Of a stretch of 34,093 nucleotides of DNA, positions 1 to 10,876 are shown in pieces. The notes under the pieces were generated by a model. The model did no database searches. It was not told the origin of the DNA and saw only the letters and a list, made by a program, of their open reading frames with translations. Numbering within the stretch: the first letter of the stretch is position 1; every line of letters starts with the position of its first letter. A program made the translations under genes and the position numbers. The DNA lies in the NCBI RefSeq assembly GCF_001194135.2, contig NC_068991.1, forward strand, positions 19,203,963 to 19,238,055. The letters run 5' to 3'. The DNA comes from Octopus bimaculoides (taxonomy: Eukaryota).

Positions 1-56
<56 letters not shown>

Positions 57-512
57 TACAAATACGCTCTCACACATATACGCATTTACACAAACACTCT
101 CACAGATGCACTCATACATACACACACACACCTTCACACACCACACACACACATACACACACGTGCACATACGCTCTCAAACATATACGCATTTACACAT
201 ACACTCTCACAGACGCACTCACACATATACACACACATATATGCTCTCACATGCACACATGCACTCGCACACATGCACTCGCACACATACACAAACTTAC
301 ACACATGCGCTCACACACATACACACATTTACACACGCACACGTTCACGCATATACGCTTACACAAGTACACATGCACATGCACACATAAACACGCATGA
401 AGACATATTCTTTCATTCGTTTGTTCGTGTAACTCATTCATACCGTCAAATAGTTACTCAATCCCAAATTCATTCGTTCTTCATTCATACACACCTAGAC
501 TCACACTCATTT

Positions 513-546
<34 letters not shown>

Positions 547-587
547 CACACACGCAACACAACGCACACACNNNNNNNNNNNNNNNN

Positions 588-626
<39 letters not shown>

Positions 627-804
627 AATAAACGCCCTCAGAATAACATCCTGTTCATCTGTCGAAGCGACGAAGATCACCTACTCTTCAAACAGACACA
701 CGCATATACAAGCACACACGCACACATAAACACACATATCAATTCCCATCCTCCCACACGCACACACAAACAAACAAACACACATACACACACACGTACA
801 ACAT
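1..804. repeat. Compound (CA)n / degenerate CA-rich satellite with a ~60-bp block repeated at 107-bp spacing
   Basis: Pure (CA)n at 1-54. The block acgctctca-catatacgcatttacaca-acactctcacaga-gcactca starts at 64 and again at 171. The His/Thr ORFs here are repeat artefacts. Confidence 0.95.
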
Positions 805-972
805 AAGAAACATTAGTACTCCGAGCAAAATGCTTGGCGGTATTTCGTCTGCCTTTACGCTCTAAGTTCAAATTCCGCCGAGGTCGACTTTGCCTTTTAT
901 TCTTTCGGGGTCGATAAATTAAGTACCAGTTACACACTGGAGTCGATGTAATCGACTAGTACCCCCCCCCCC
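805..972 (+). mobile_element. tRNA-derived SINE, family B (3' end cut by gap)
   Basis: Matches the 30053-30268 copy: aaatgctt.gcggtatttcgtctgc, B-box-like agttcaaattcc, core gaggtcgactttgcct..ttc.tttcggggtcgataaattaagtaccagtt, and hairpin agtcga-tgtaa-tcgact. Confidence 0.9.
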
Positions 973-1448
973 NNNNNNNNNNNNNNNNNNNNNNNNNNNN
1001 NNNNNNNNNNNNNNNNNNNNNNNNNNNNNNNNNNNNNNNNNNNNNNNNNNNNNNNNNNNNNNNNNNNNNNNNNNNNNNNNNNNNNNNNNNNNNNNNNNNN
1101 NNNNNNNNNNNNNNNNNNNNNNNNNNNNNNNNNNNNNNNNNNNNNNNNNNNNNNNNNNNNNNNNNNNNNNNNNNNNNNNNNNNNNNNNNNNNNNNNNNNN
1201 NNNNNNNNNNNNNNNNNNNNNNNNNNNNNNNNNNNNNNNNNNNNNNNNNNNNNNNNNNNNNNNNNNNNNNNNNNNNNNNNNNNNNNNNNNNNNNNNNNNN
1301 NNNNNNNNNNNNNNNNNNNNNNNNNNNNNNNNNNNNNNNNNNNNNNNNNNNNNNNNNNNNNNNNNNNNNNNNNNNNNNNNNNNNNNNNNNNNNNNNNNNN
1401 NNNNNNNNNNNNNNNNNNNNNNNNNNNNNNNNNNNNNNNNNNNNNNNN

Positions 1449-1536
1449 AGGGAGAGAGAGAGAGAGAGAGAGAGAGAGTGAGAGTGAGAGAGAGAGAGAG
1501 AGAGAGAAAGAAAGAGAGAGAGAGAGAGAAAGAGAA
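1449..1536. repeat. (GA)n microsatellite at gap edge
   Basis: Directly visible. Confidence 0.95.
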
Positions 1537-1699
1537 ATATGTCCCAGCTGTGGCCATCGAGAGCGCTAATTGCATTTCGGCCATTTTGGGTCTTTTCATT
1601 GGCGCATACTCACAAATACTTTTTTCCTTTATAAGAGACTAATTCTTGCTCGGACATGTAGCCACGAGAATAAATATCTGACATAGGAAAAGGTAAGTA

Positions 1700-1787
1700 G
1701 TGGGGTCGATTTGCTCGACTAAACCCCTTCAAGGCAATGCACCAGCATGACCACAGTCTAATGACTAAAATAAGTAAATGATAAAAG
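1700..1787 (+). mobile_element. SINE 3' tail fragment
   Basis: tggggtcgatttgctcgactaaaccccttcaaggcaatgcaccagcatgaccacagtctaatgactaaaataagtaa aligns with the family A tail at 15605-15670. Confidence 0.85.
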
Positions 1788-2036
1788 AGCAGTGACTGAT
1801 TGTCAATCATTTTTCTATATACTGCGAGCTGGAGCGGATTGCTGCTATCTCTAGCGGATGGATGTCCATCACTGTGGATGAGCACAAATAGCTCGAAACC
1901 GTACGGTCTGGTAGTCCAGTCGTCTGCTAGAAATTCGTCTTCGAAATTAAAGTAGAGCAGGTACCAACGATTAGGGGTCAGACCCTTAGGATCGTTAGAT
2001 AATGCAACTCATTCAAGCGTATGCTCCGTTTGGTTG

Positions 2037-2140
2037 CCTGGTACCTAATTTTGTCGGCTCCCAGAAGGATGAAACACAAAGGTAGCTCGTGCGTTCTGCG
2101 AACTCACAACATAAAAAAGACATAACGAAACGTATACCAC
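2037..2140 (-). mobile_element. Degenerate family B SINE fragment
   Basis: ctggtacctaattttgtcggctcccagaaggatgaaacacaaag...gaactcacaac aligns with the reverse-strand family B core ctggtacttaatttatcgaccccgaaagg.tgaaagg.aaa seen at 9811-9855. Confidence 0.65.
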
Positions 2141-2219
2141 GAGCTATATCCTCAATTAACGGGCCCACCAGAAAAAAAAAAATAAGATACACATATACTT
2201 ATACAATAATTTACAGCAC

Positions 2220-2251
2220 ACACAGATATACACTCTCATATAGAACGCGCA

Positions 2252-2287
<36 letters not shown>

Positions 2288-2678
2288 ACACACACACACA
2301 CACCCACATATACATACAACAGTGCACACAAGCATATACAGAGAGCAATAGTTAATTCATAACATACTCTATACCAATACACCACAAAACACACATAGAC
2401 GCGAACGCACGCGCACACACGCTCACCTACAACACAACACACATTCACGGAATCATATACGCATCTAAACCAGTAAACTGTATCTCCTCCTCCTCCTCTT
2501 CTTCTTCTTCTTCTTCTTCTCCTCCTCCTCCTCCTCCTCCTCCTCCTCCCCTCCTCATCATCATCTTCTTGTCTATCTTTTTCCTTCACATATGGTATGT
2601 ATAAGTATTCCATTCCATTATGTTATATTATGTGTATATATGTACATATGTATGTATATTAGGTAATATTTATATATA
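2220..2678. repeat. (CA)n, (CCT/CTT)n and TA-rich microsatellites
   Basis: Directly visible. Confidence 0.9.
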
Positions 2679-3573
2679 NNNNNNNNNNNNNNNNNNNNNN
2701 NNNNNNNNNNNNNNNNNNNNNNNNNNNNNNNNNNNNNNNNNNNNNNNNNNNNNNNNNNNNNNNNNNNNNNNNNNNNNNNNNNNNNNNNNNNNNNNNNNNN
2801 NNNNNNNNNNNNNNNNNNNNNNNNNNNNNNNNNNNNNNNNNNNNNNNNNNNNNNNNNNNNNNNNNNNNNNNNNNNNNNNNNNNNNNNNNNNNNNNNNNNN
2901 NNNNNNNNNNNNNNNNNNNNNNNNNNNNNNNNNNNNNNNNNNNNNNNNNNNNNNNNNNNNNNNNNNNNNNNNNNNNNNNNNNNNNNNNNNNNNNNNNNNN
3001 NNNNNNNNNNNNNNNNNNNNNNNNNNNNNNNNNNNNNNNNNNNNNNNNNNNNNNNNNNNNNNNNNNNNNNNNNNNNNNNNNNNNNNNNNNNNNNNNNNNN
3101 NNNNNNNNNNNNNNNNNNNNNNNNNNNNNNNNNNNNNNNNNNNNNNNNNNNNNNNNNNNNNNNNNNNNNNNNNNNNNNNNNNNNNNNNNNNNNNNNNNNN
3201 NNNNNNNNNNNNNNNNNNNNNNNNNNNNNNNNNNNNNNNNNNNNNNNNNNNNNNNNNNNNNNNNNNNNNNNNNNNNNNNNNNNNNNNNNNNNNNNNNNNN
3301 NNNNNNNNNNNNNNNNNNNNNNNNNNNNNNNNNNNNNNNNNNNNNNNNNNNNNNNNNNNNNNNNNNNNNNNNNNNNNNNNNNNNNNNNNNNNNNNNNNNN
3401 NNNNNNNNNNNNNNNNNNNNNNNNNNNNNNNNNNNNNNNNNNNNNNNNNNNNNNNNNNNNNNNNNNNNNNNNNNNNNNNNNNNNNNNNNNNNNNNNNNNN
3501 NNNNNNNNNNNNNNNNCCCCCCCCCCCAGTACGTAATTACTGTCCAACAGGCAGAAAAAAGATCTGTTGCCCG

Positions 3574-4280
3574 TATACATACATACATACATACATGCAT
3601 ACATACTTGAATACATACATAGATATATGCATGCATACATACATACATAGATAGATACATGCATGCATAATACATATATACACTCATGCATACATACATA
3701 CATCTACACATACATGCTCACACACACATATACATACATAGATAATGCATGCATACATACATACACACATACATATACAAGCATGCACACATACATACGT
3801 ACACAGGTACATAGCTACATATATACATACACACAAACATATATGTGTGCATGCATACATACATGCGTATATACATACATGCATGCATGCATAGAAAAAA
3901 TATCAAAGTACGTACCAATCAATCTGGAGCAAAGTATGGTTGAACTTGAGTTTTGGGGGAGAGGATGCAAAACCTTAATAAATGCACTACAAATGTTCAC
4001 AATATCTGGAACAATAAAGATCTGTAAGACTTTCTTAAGATTTAAAGGATAATGGACAAAAGACGATACACTTTTTACAGTATTACTAGTTCCAAGTAGG
4101 TGACTGGTCAAAATTTATTCTAAATTAAAAAGAGAGAGTGTAGAGCATGCATAAGCATCTATATGCATACATACATACGTACGTGTATACGTGCATACAT
4201 ATGCATTTATATGCATACATACATACGTACGTGCATACGTGCATACATACATGCATACACACACACTCACACACATGCGC
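3574..4280. repeat. (CATA)n-rich compound microsatellites interrupted by ~240 bp of unique sequence (about 3900-4140)
   Basis: Directly visible. Includes a ~42-bp block duplicated at 4160 and 4208. Confidence 0.9.
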
Positions 4281-4536
4281 TCTAGCGTAACGAAAACAGC
4301 TGAAATGTTTGGTGTATCAAGAAATATTGTCTCGAAAGTAATGACAGCTTAAAGAAAGGGAAAACCTCCTAGTCGAAACAAAACTCTGGAACATTGAACA
4401 TTTATGATGCATTTTAGAAAAACAAGTAAGGAGTCGATATCCTCCACCGTCATTACTACAAGAACTGGAGACTGCTTTGGCTGAAGAATGGACAAAAATT
4501 CCTTTGGAAACAATTCAAACTTTGTCCGAGTCCATA
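4281..4536 (+). mobile_element. Tc1-like DNA transposon remnant, internally deleted
   Basis: The 5' part translates to SVTKTAEMFGVSRNIVSKVMTA*...GKTS..KQNSG (paired-like HTH N-terminus of Tc1 transposases, frameshifted). It is fused at about 4391 to IEHL*CILEKQVRSRYPPPSLLQELETALAEEWTKIPLETIQTLSESI (the Tc1 PIE.LW C-terminus). The DDE core is missing. Confidence 0.85.
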
Positions 4537-4712
4537 TATATGTATGTATTTACTTGTGTGTCTGTGTTTGTCCCCCCAACATCGCTTGACAACCGATGCT
4601 GAATAAGTTCTGGGGTCGATTTGCTCGACTGAAGGCGGTGCTCTAACATGGCCGCAGTCAAATGACTGAAACAAATAAAAGAATAAAAGAATAAAAGAAT
4701 ATATATATATAT
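4537..4712 (+). mobile_element. Family A SINE, 3' half with internal deletion
   Basis: gtctgtgtttgtccccccaacatcgcttgacaaccgatgctg is joined directly to aataagttctggggtcgatttgctcgac...gcagtcaaatgactgaaacaa and a (taaaagaa)n tail. About 80 bp present in other copies are absent. Confidence 0.9.
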
Positions 4713-5114
4713 ATATAAGCGTCTTTTTTGAGTGAAGATANNNNNNNNNNNNNNNNNNNNNNNNNNNNNNNNNNNNNNNNNNNNNNNNNNNNNNNNNNNN
4801 NNNNNNNNNNNNNNNNNNNNNNNNNNNNNNNNNNNNNNNNNNNNNNNNNNNNNNNNNNNNNNNNNNNNNNNNNNNNNNNNNNNNNNNNNNNNNNNNNNNN
4901 NNNNNNNNNNNNNNNNNNNNNNNNNNNNNNNNNNNNNNNNNNNNNNNNNNNNNNNNNNNNNNNNNNNNNNNNNNNNNNNNNNNNNNNNNNTTATGTCGCA
5001 TTTAAACTACTTTTCTTACGTAACAGCTTATATATGAGAAATCTAAGGTAACCTTTAATGTTATGCTTTGTAAACCATTCTGATGTTAATCTTACTTGTT
5101 ATATTGTATGTGTA

Positions 5115-5142
<28 letters not shown>

Positions 5143-5145
<3 letters not shown>

Positions 5146-5372
5146 TCTATTATTCTTTTACTCTTTTAATTGTTTCAGTCATTTGACTGCGGCCATGCTG
5201 GAGCACCGCCTCTAGTCGAGCAAATCGACCCCAGGACTTATTCTTTGTGAGCCTAGTACTTATTCTATCGGTCTCTTTTGCTGAACCGCTAAATTACGGG
5301 GACGTAAACACACCAGCATCGGTTGTCAAGCGATGTTGGGGGAACAAATAGACAAACAAACACACACAAAAC
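5143..5372 (-). mobile_element. Family A SINE, 3' half
   Basis: Reverse complement of the 15470-15690 segment (gtttcagtcatttgactgcggccatgctggagcaccgcc...cggttgtcaagcgatgttgggg). Confidence 0.92.
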
Positions 5373-5489
5373 GAAAAACCTAAAACGGAAAACGAAAACA
5401 CAATAACTAAAATGTGAAAAATAAAAAGGTAACAGAGCTCTCCTCCTTAGACCTTAAATGATAAAGCTGGAACGATATCAAGTTAGCCA

Positions 5490-6480
5490 GGAATAGGCGG
5501 AATTTTCCAATTCTTCAAAACATATTTATACATATGCTTGCAACCACTGAAAATTTCTGACCTAGAGTTCAATAGATACTAAGGAATCTGAGATCTGAAC
5601 AAGATCTGCGGTCTTTCAGCTAAACAGAACCTACATTTATTTGATCCATTCACATAAGGTATGGATTTCTCAATTACTTACCATTTAATCACATGTGGTG
5701 TTTCGTTATCTTTTAAACTCCATACGTAACTAGCCAACTTAGTAGCTTTCTTTTTGTTCCTATGTCAGAAAGAGGCTAATATGACTGGCAAAGCAATTTT
5801 TAAATTCACCTTCACATAATTCAGTACAGGTCTTCTTGTCAGTTCTATTATTATTTAGGGTTGCAATAACTTCTCCCTCATATATGATAGATTTATTCAT
5901 ACATCTTTGGTGAAAAGGATAGGAATCTGGGCCGCGATAGTTGCAACTGGATTTAGGCTCTTGTTATTGACCACGTGTAATGATATTCTTCATATTTGGG
6001 CAACAGCTATATGATAATTTCACAGAACGCCTATAAAATATTTTTCTGTATCTGTGAGTTGCTGAAAAGTGTTTGTCTGGGAGATCAGGAATCTTTTACC
6101 AATGTTAGTTTTTATATTAAGGGAAAAGGGATGGGTGAACCAAATAATTTACCTTGGCCTATTTTTAGGTTTCTTCTTATTAGTATGTTTGACACTAGAG
6201 GGGTTATGTATTTCTTTATCTTTGATGTCACTTGATCTATTATCAATATTTTGATTATTATTAAAGGGATTATAAATTAATTTATCTTTGGCTGGGGCAT
6301 TGGTATAATAGGGGGCAGTCTTCTCGAAAATTACTTTAGAAGATGTGGTTTAGAACTCTGTTACTAATATTGGCTATCAGGTTTTTAAATAGTACAGGAG
6401 AGTGACAAGACTGTCTATGTATATATGCAAGTTTCTCATTAAGCTTATGGAAAGGTTTATACGAGGCGGGGTTTAAATCT
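5490..6480 (-). mobile_element. Penelope-like retroelement (PLE) pseudo-ORF: RT C-terminus/linker plus GIY-YIG endonuclease, degraded
   Basis: Manual minus-strand translation across frameshifts and stops: DLNPASYKPFHKLNEKLAYIHRQSCHSPVLFKNLIANISNR; IFEKTAPYYTNA; R*IIWFTHPFSLNIKTNIGKRFL; DKHFSATHRYRKIFYRRSVKLSYSCCPNMKNIIT; CNYRGPDSYPFHQRCMNKSIIYEGEV...TELCEGEFKNCFASHISLF; KKATKLASYVWSLKDNETPHVIKW*VIEKSIPYVNGSNKCRFCLAER...LLNSRSEIFSGCKH. This motif order is typical of PLE ORF C-termini (IIWFNPP, KxSYSCMPN, CNC..CPL..C, Y(I)G.CEG.FK.R...H, C.LCL.EK, LN.RSE..S.C.H). Confidence 0.9.
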
Positions 6481-7344
6481 AGGGAAACAGCTAATTAAAC
6501 TATAGAGAGGCTAGTAGCTACTGTAATTTAAAGTCTTAATTGATTAAAACAACGAAAATGAAAAGAAGTCAATTCAGGAAGGATAAGTCATGAATAATGT
6601 TGTATTATGTTGTGTCTGGGGAGAGTCATTTTCTTATTGTGCCTTAAAATTTAACACTCACCGGTAAAATTTCCACTTATTTCTTATTTTTATTTTCCTA
6701 AAATTTTCGTTGCGTCTTGCAACCTTTTCAATAGTCAAATCCAAAAACGAAATGTTGTATTAGTTTAACGCTTAAATGGAAAGGAAAGGGTCTTGTTATG
6801 TCGGAGGGTAGTACTTCATCAGCAGAAAAGTATAGAAGAAAAATAGACACGAAGGAGAGAGCATGAGAAAAAGTGGTAATATATACGTGTATATATGTGT
6901 GTGTGTGTGTTCAAACGTTACATTAGATACACAACTGGTATTATTCATGCCACCATACATCTTCCTCTATTTTCCTCTTGTCTTACATTTCATTCAAAGC
7001 ATCAATACTTCGTTAGATATCATATTTATTGACTGACTTACTAATAACTAGCTCGTGATTTAAATATTAATATAAATAGAATTACATTAATACTCAATAC
7101 TCTATTATCGTCTTCTGATATACATTACAGTGTATTTCACATATTTTATATCTTACGCCATCTACAACACTGGGAAAGTAAGCATTATGTATATTATATT
7201 ACATTCTACTGTACATATGTGTGCGTAATATATTTGTTATTAGATAACACAGATCAATTTCATTATGAGAGAGAGAGTCTTATGATCTGAGTACGTCTCT
7301 CTGTATTGCATGCTTAGTATTCCATCTTTTTGACTATTGCACTG

Positions 7345-7640
<296 letters not shown>

Positions 7641-7642
7641 GC

Positions 7643-7780
7643 ATTGGTTTCGTACCTATAAAGCGTTTAGTCGTATAGACGAATCATCAGACACAAATGG
7701 CCGTATGCATATAACCATACGGCAACTTGAGTTTGACGAGTCACCTATACGGTTAAGCATTTTATAGGTATGAAACCAAT
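7643..7780. repeat. 138-bp imperfect palindrome (65-bp arms, 8-nt loop); MITE/fold-back-like
   Basis: Arm 1 is attggtttcgtacctataaagcgtttagtcgtatag...ggccgtatg, the loop is catataac, and arm 2 is catacggc...ctatacggttaagcattttataggtatgaaaccaat. The arms align without gaps. Confidence 0.9.
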
Positions 7781-7925
7781 AGTCTCTCTCTGAGTGGGCA
7801 TAACAGCCAACTTCTATATATATATTAATAATAATAATATGACAACAAAAGAATGAATGAGACCTTCATATTCTGTAAATAGATGAATTTATCTATAAAT
7901 ATAATATAGGACAATCATTTAGTTG

Positions 7926-7994
7926 TCATAATGAGACTCAGAGTTTCGGATGTCGGGGCTGAAGCCTGCTCCGGCATCTCATCAGTTATTAAGA
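7926..7994 (-). ncRNA. Type I hammerhead ribozyme motif (probably slightly decayed)
   Basis: Minus strand reads TCTTAATAA-CTGATGA-[GATGCCGGAGC AGGCTTCA GCCCCGACATC C]-GAAAC-TCTGA-GTC-TCATTATGA. It has all core nucleotides (CUGAUGA, GAAAC, GUC triplet), a stem II of 9 pairs with 2 A:C mismatches, stem III ACU/AGU, and stem I with 7 of 9 positions paired. Confidence 0.8.
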
Positions 7995-8120
7995 TAAAAA
8001 CGCTATGAAAAAAAAATGTTGAATAAAGGGAAGTTTCTCCAATAGGCGTGGAGAAAGTAAAACTTCGTTCGTAGAATCTGCATATGCACACAAATACGCA
8101 CATATACATACACATACGCA

Positions 8121-8706
8121 CACCTGCATCCCAGGCTAAAGAAGGTCTTCACCTACGTAAGGTGTTGTATCTGGTTACAGGCGTAGGAAAAGTTTAGTCC
8201 ACTCTGAACTTTTAAACCCAAATCAAACGATAACAAAGGAGATCTACTGCGAGCAACTTGAGCGGCTTGTATCAGCGCTAGAAGAAAAACGCCCGTCTTT
8301 GGTGCCAAGACGAAAGGTGTTCTTCCATCACGATGATGCTCGGCCACATACAGAGAGGATGACATTCCAAAGGCTGGAGCAATTTGAATAGGAAACGATG
8401 CCCCACCCACCATATTTGCCGGACATTGCCCCATCTGATTATCATTTATTCTGCAGTCTTCAAAATCATTTGGACGGAAAAGATATAAATTCTGTAAACG
8501 ATGATAGAAGAATACTGGAGGAGTATTTTTCGTCACGGACAAGAGAACTTTGGAAGAAGGACCTTGTAAGTCTATTACATAGATGGAAGAGCACTGTAGA
8601 AATTGAAGGAGAGTAATTTTTAGATTAAAAAAGAAATTTGTTTATCTTAATTTTGAAAAAATAAGAGAAATACAAAAAACCGCATTATTTATGCGACGAC
8701 CCAATA
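8121..8706 (+). mobile_element. Mariner (DD34D) transposon, 3' half with 3' TIR; pseudogenized transposase
   Basis: AKEGLHLRKVL...ELLNPNQTITKEIYCEQLERLVSALEEKRPSLVPRRKVFFHHDDARPHTERMTFQRLEQFE*ETMPHPPYLPDIAPSDYHLFCSLQNHLDGK...RW carries the HDNARPH and HPPYSPDLAPSDYHLF signatures, with a Trp-to-TAG stop. A TIR-like end ccgcattatttatgcgacgacccaata is followed by TA at 8707-8708. Confidence 0.95.
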
Positions 8707-8884
8707 TATATACACATACACATTTATATATGTACTTATGCATATGTTGAGAATTCGTTTTTTAAAACCAGATGGTGAAATCAATGGACGGTTCTCTCTT
8801 GCGGGACCTCTTCGGCGAACACATTTCTTTTCAGTTGCGTATTCTATTTGACATTAATATTTATAAATACCTAGAATGTATTCA

Positions 8885-8955
8885 TATAATATATAATATA
8901 CGTATATACGCATGCGTACTTACATGCATGTAAAGTATACATACATGCATGCATG

Positions 8956-8987
<32 letters not shown>

Positions 8988-9057
8988 GACCAACACACTC
9001 ACATAGACATACACAGATATGCCTTCCTCTCTTCCTTTCTGCCTATCTTTATATCCA

Positions 9058-9101
<44 letters not shown>

Positions 9102-9153
9102 ATGTGTGTATGCATGTTTTGATATGTATGTATGTGTATATGTATATATGCAT

Positions 9154-9200
<47 letters not shown>
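8885..9200. repeat. CATA/CA/TA compound microsatellite
   Basis: Directly visible; runs into the 9201-9713 gap. Confidence 0.9.
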
Positions 9201-9733
9201 NNNNNNNNNNNNNNNNNNNNNNNNNNNNNNNNNNNNNNNNNNNNNNNNNNNNNNNNNNNNNNNNNNNNNNNNNNNNNNNNNNNNNNNNNNNNNNNNNNNN
9301 NNNNNNNNNNNNNNNNNNNNNNNNNNNNNNNNNNNNNNNNNNNNNNNNNNNNNNNNNNNNNNNNNNNNNNNNNNNNNNNNNNNNNNNNNNNNNNNNNNNN
9401 NNNNNNNNNNNNNNNNNNNNNNNNNNNNNNNNNNNNNNNNNNNNNNNNNNNNNNNNNNNNNNNNNNNNNNNNNNNNNNNNNNNNNNNNNNNNNNNNNNNN
9501 NNNNNNNNNNNNNNNNNNNNNNNNNNNNNNNNNNNNNNNNNNNNNNNNNNNNNNNNNNNNNNNNNNNNNNNNNNNNNNNNNNNNNNNNNNNNNNNNNNNN
9601 NNNNNNNNNNNNNNNNNNNNNNNNNNNNNNNNNNNNNNNNNNNNNNNNNNNNNNNNNNNNNNNNNNNNNNNNNNNNNNNNNNNNNNNNNNNNNNNNNNNN
9701 NNNNNNNNNNNNNTACGCACAAGGCCCAAAGAG

Positions 9734-9902
9734 AATCTTTTCTACTTCAGGCACAAGGCCCGAAACTTTTGGGGAGGGGGCCAGTTGATTAGATCGACTC
9801 CAGTACGCAACTGGTACTTAATTTATCGACCCCGAAAGGGTGAAAGGTAAAATCGGTTTCGGTGGAATTTGAAGGCAGAAATACCGCTAAGCGTTTCGCC
9901 CG
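9734..9902 (-). mobile_element. Family B SINE
   Basis: Reverse complement of the 30053-30268 copy: ttttctact..aggcacaaggcccgaaactttt.gggaggggccagttgattagatcgac...ctggtacttaatttatcgaccccgaaagg...aaataccgctaagc.tttcgccc. Confidence 0.9.
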
Positions 9903-10214
9903 TTGTCATCAATCGTCATCAATGTTGATGTTATGTTCCTCATGTTATCTTTCAAGTTTTATCTGACGATTGTTCAGTTGTGTTGTTATGTAGATCTTAC
10001 TTCGTTGGACGTGGAGTCTCAGCAGAAGCCGGCCGTGGTCAGCTATGAATAGCCAAAGTCAACCGAATTTCACTGTAAGTATTTCTCAAGCACTGCCTCT
10101 GTTCAGTGCTTTAGTACGGACAGGTTTGACAAATCTAAAACTGGGATTTCTTTTCCTCCGGCCAAACTATCAGTTAACATCTTTAAGTAAAAAAAAAAAC
10201 ATCCAAATATTGGC

Positions 10215-10437
10215 TCGAGGTTACAAATTCAGGGAGCGTTGGCTACAGTCAATTCACCTGACCTCACTAATCAATTGGGATTACGCTATATCGTCCCCTG
10301 AAAAAAAAAAAAACAAAAAAAAATACAGAGAGCCGAGTTGACATTAGCGTGATTTGAACTCGGAACGTAAAGAACAATAACAAAAATACTGCTGGGCATT
10401 TTCGTATGACGCCCTAACGATTCTCCTAACCCACCGC
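10215..10437 (-). mobile_element. Old family B SINE
   Basis: Retains gatttgaactcggaacgtaaaga...aaatactgct.ggcattt.cgt...cgc.ctaacgattct.c.a.c.cacc (reversed head) and a decayed tail; the core is replaced by a poly-A run. Confidence 0.65.
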
Positions 10438-10462
10438 CCTTTACGCTCTTTGTTACATTGAT

Positions 10463-10471
10463 TGTAGTAGC

Positions 10472-10528
<57 letters not shown>

Positions 10529-10655
10529 GGTGGTTGTAGTAGCAGTCATAGTAGTAGTAGTGGTGGTGTTGGTGATGGTGGTGGTGGTAGTAGTAGTAGT
10601 GATATAGTTGTGGTGGTGATTGTAATAGTAGTAGTAGTAGTAGTAGTAGTGGTAG
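10463..10655. repeat. (TAG)n/(GTG)n compound trinucleotide repeat
   Basis: Directly visible. Confidence 0.95.
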
Positions 10656-10779
10656 TACTTTAGTACTCTGATACGGATTACTAAATGGAGCCAATGTTTA
10701 AGCGTTGTGGTGTTTTTACGTCACTTCCTCTCATGCAAAAGCTTTTATCAATAAAATATGAGGAAGACTTGGGATGGAT

Positions 10780-10843
10780 ACTCTGTGTGTGTATGTGTGT
10801 GTATGTATGTGTGTATGTATGAGCGTGTGTGTACAAGTGTGTG

Positions 10844-10876
<33 letters not shown>

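Noticed and set aside
3900-4140. Unique stretch as a LINE or coding remnant
   Set aside because: No recognisable RT or endonuclease motif in the frames I read.
7684-7690. TCATCAG (reverse CTGATGA) inside the palindrome
   Set aside because: There is no downstream GAAAC/GUH arrangement on that strand, and the opposite arm does not preserve it.
8398-8616. 72-aa ORF as a host gene (for example SETMAR-like)
   Set aside because: It is the tail of a decayed mariner transposase, with an in-frame TAG upstream, a TIR downstream and no SET domain.
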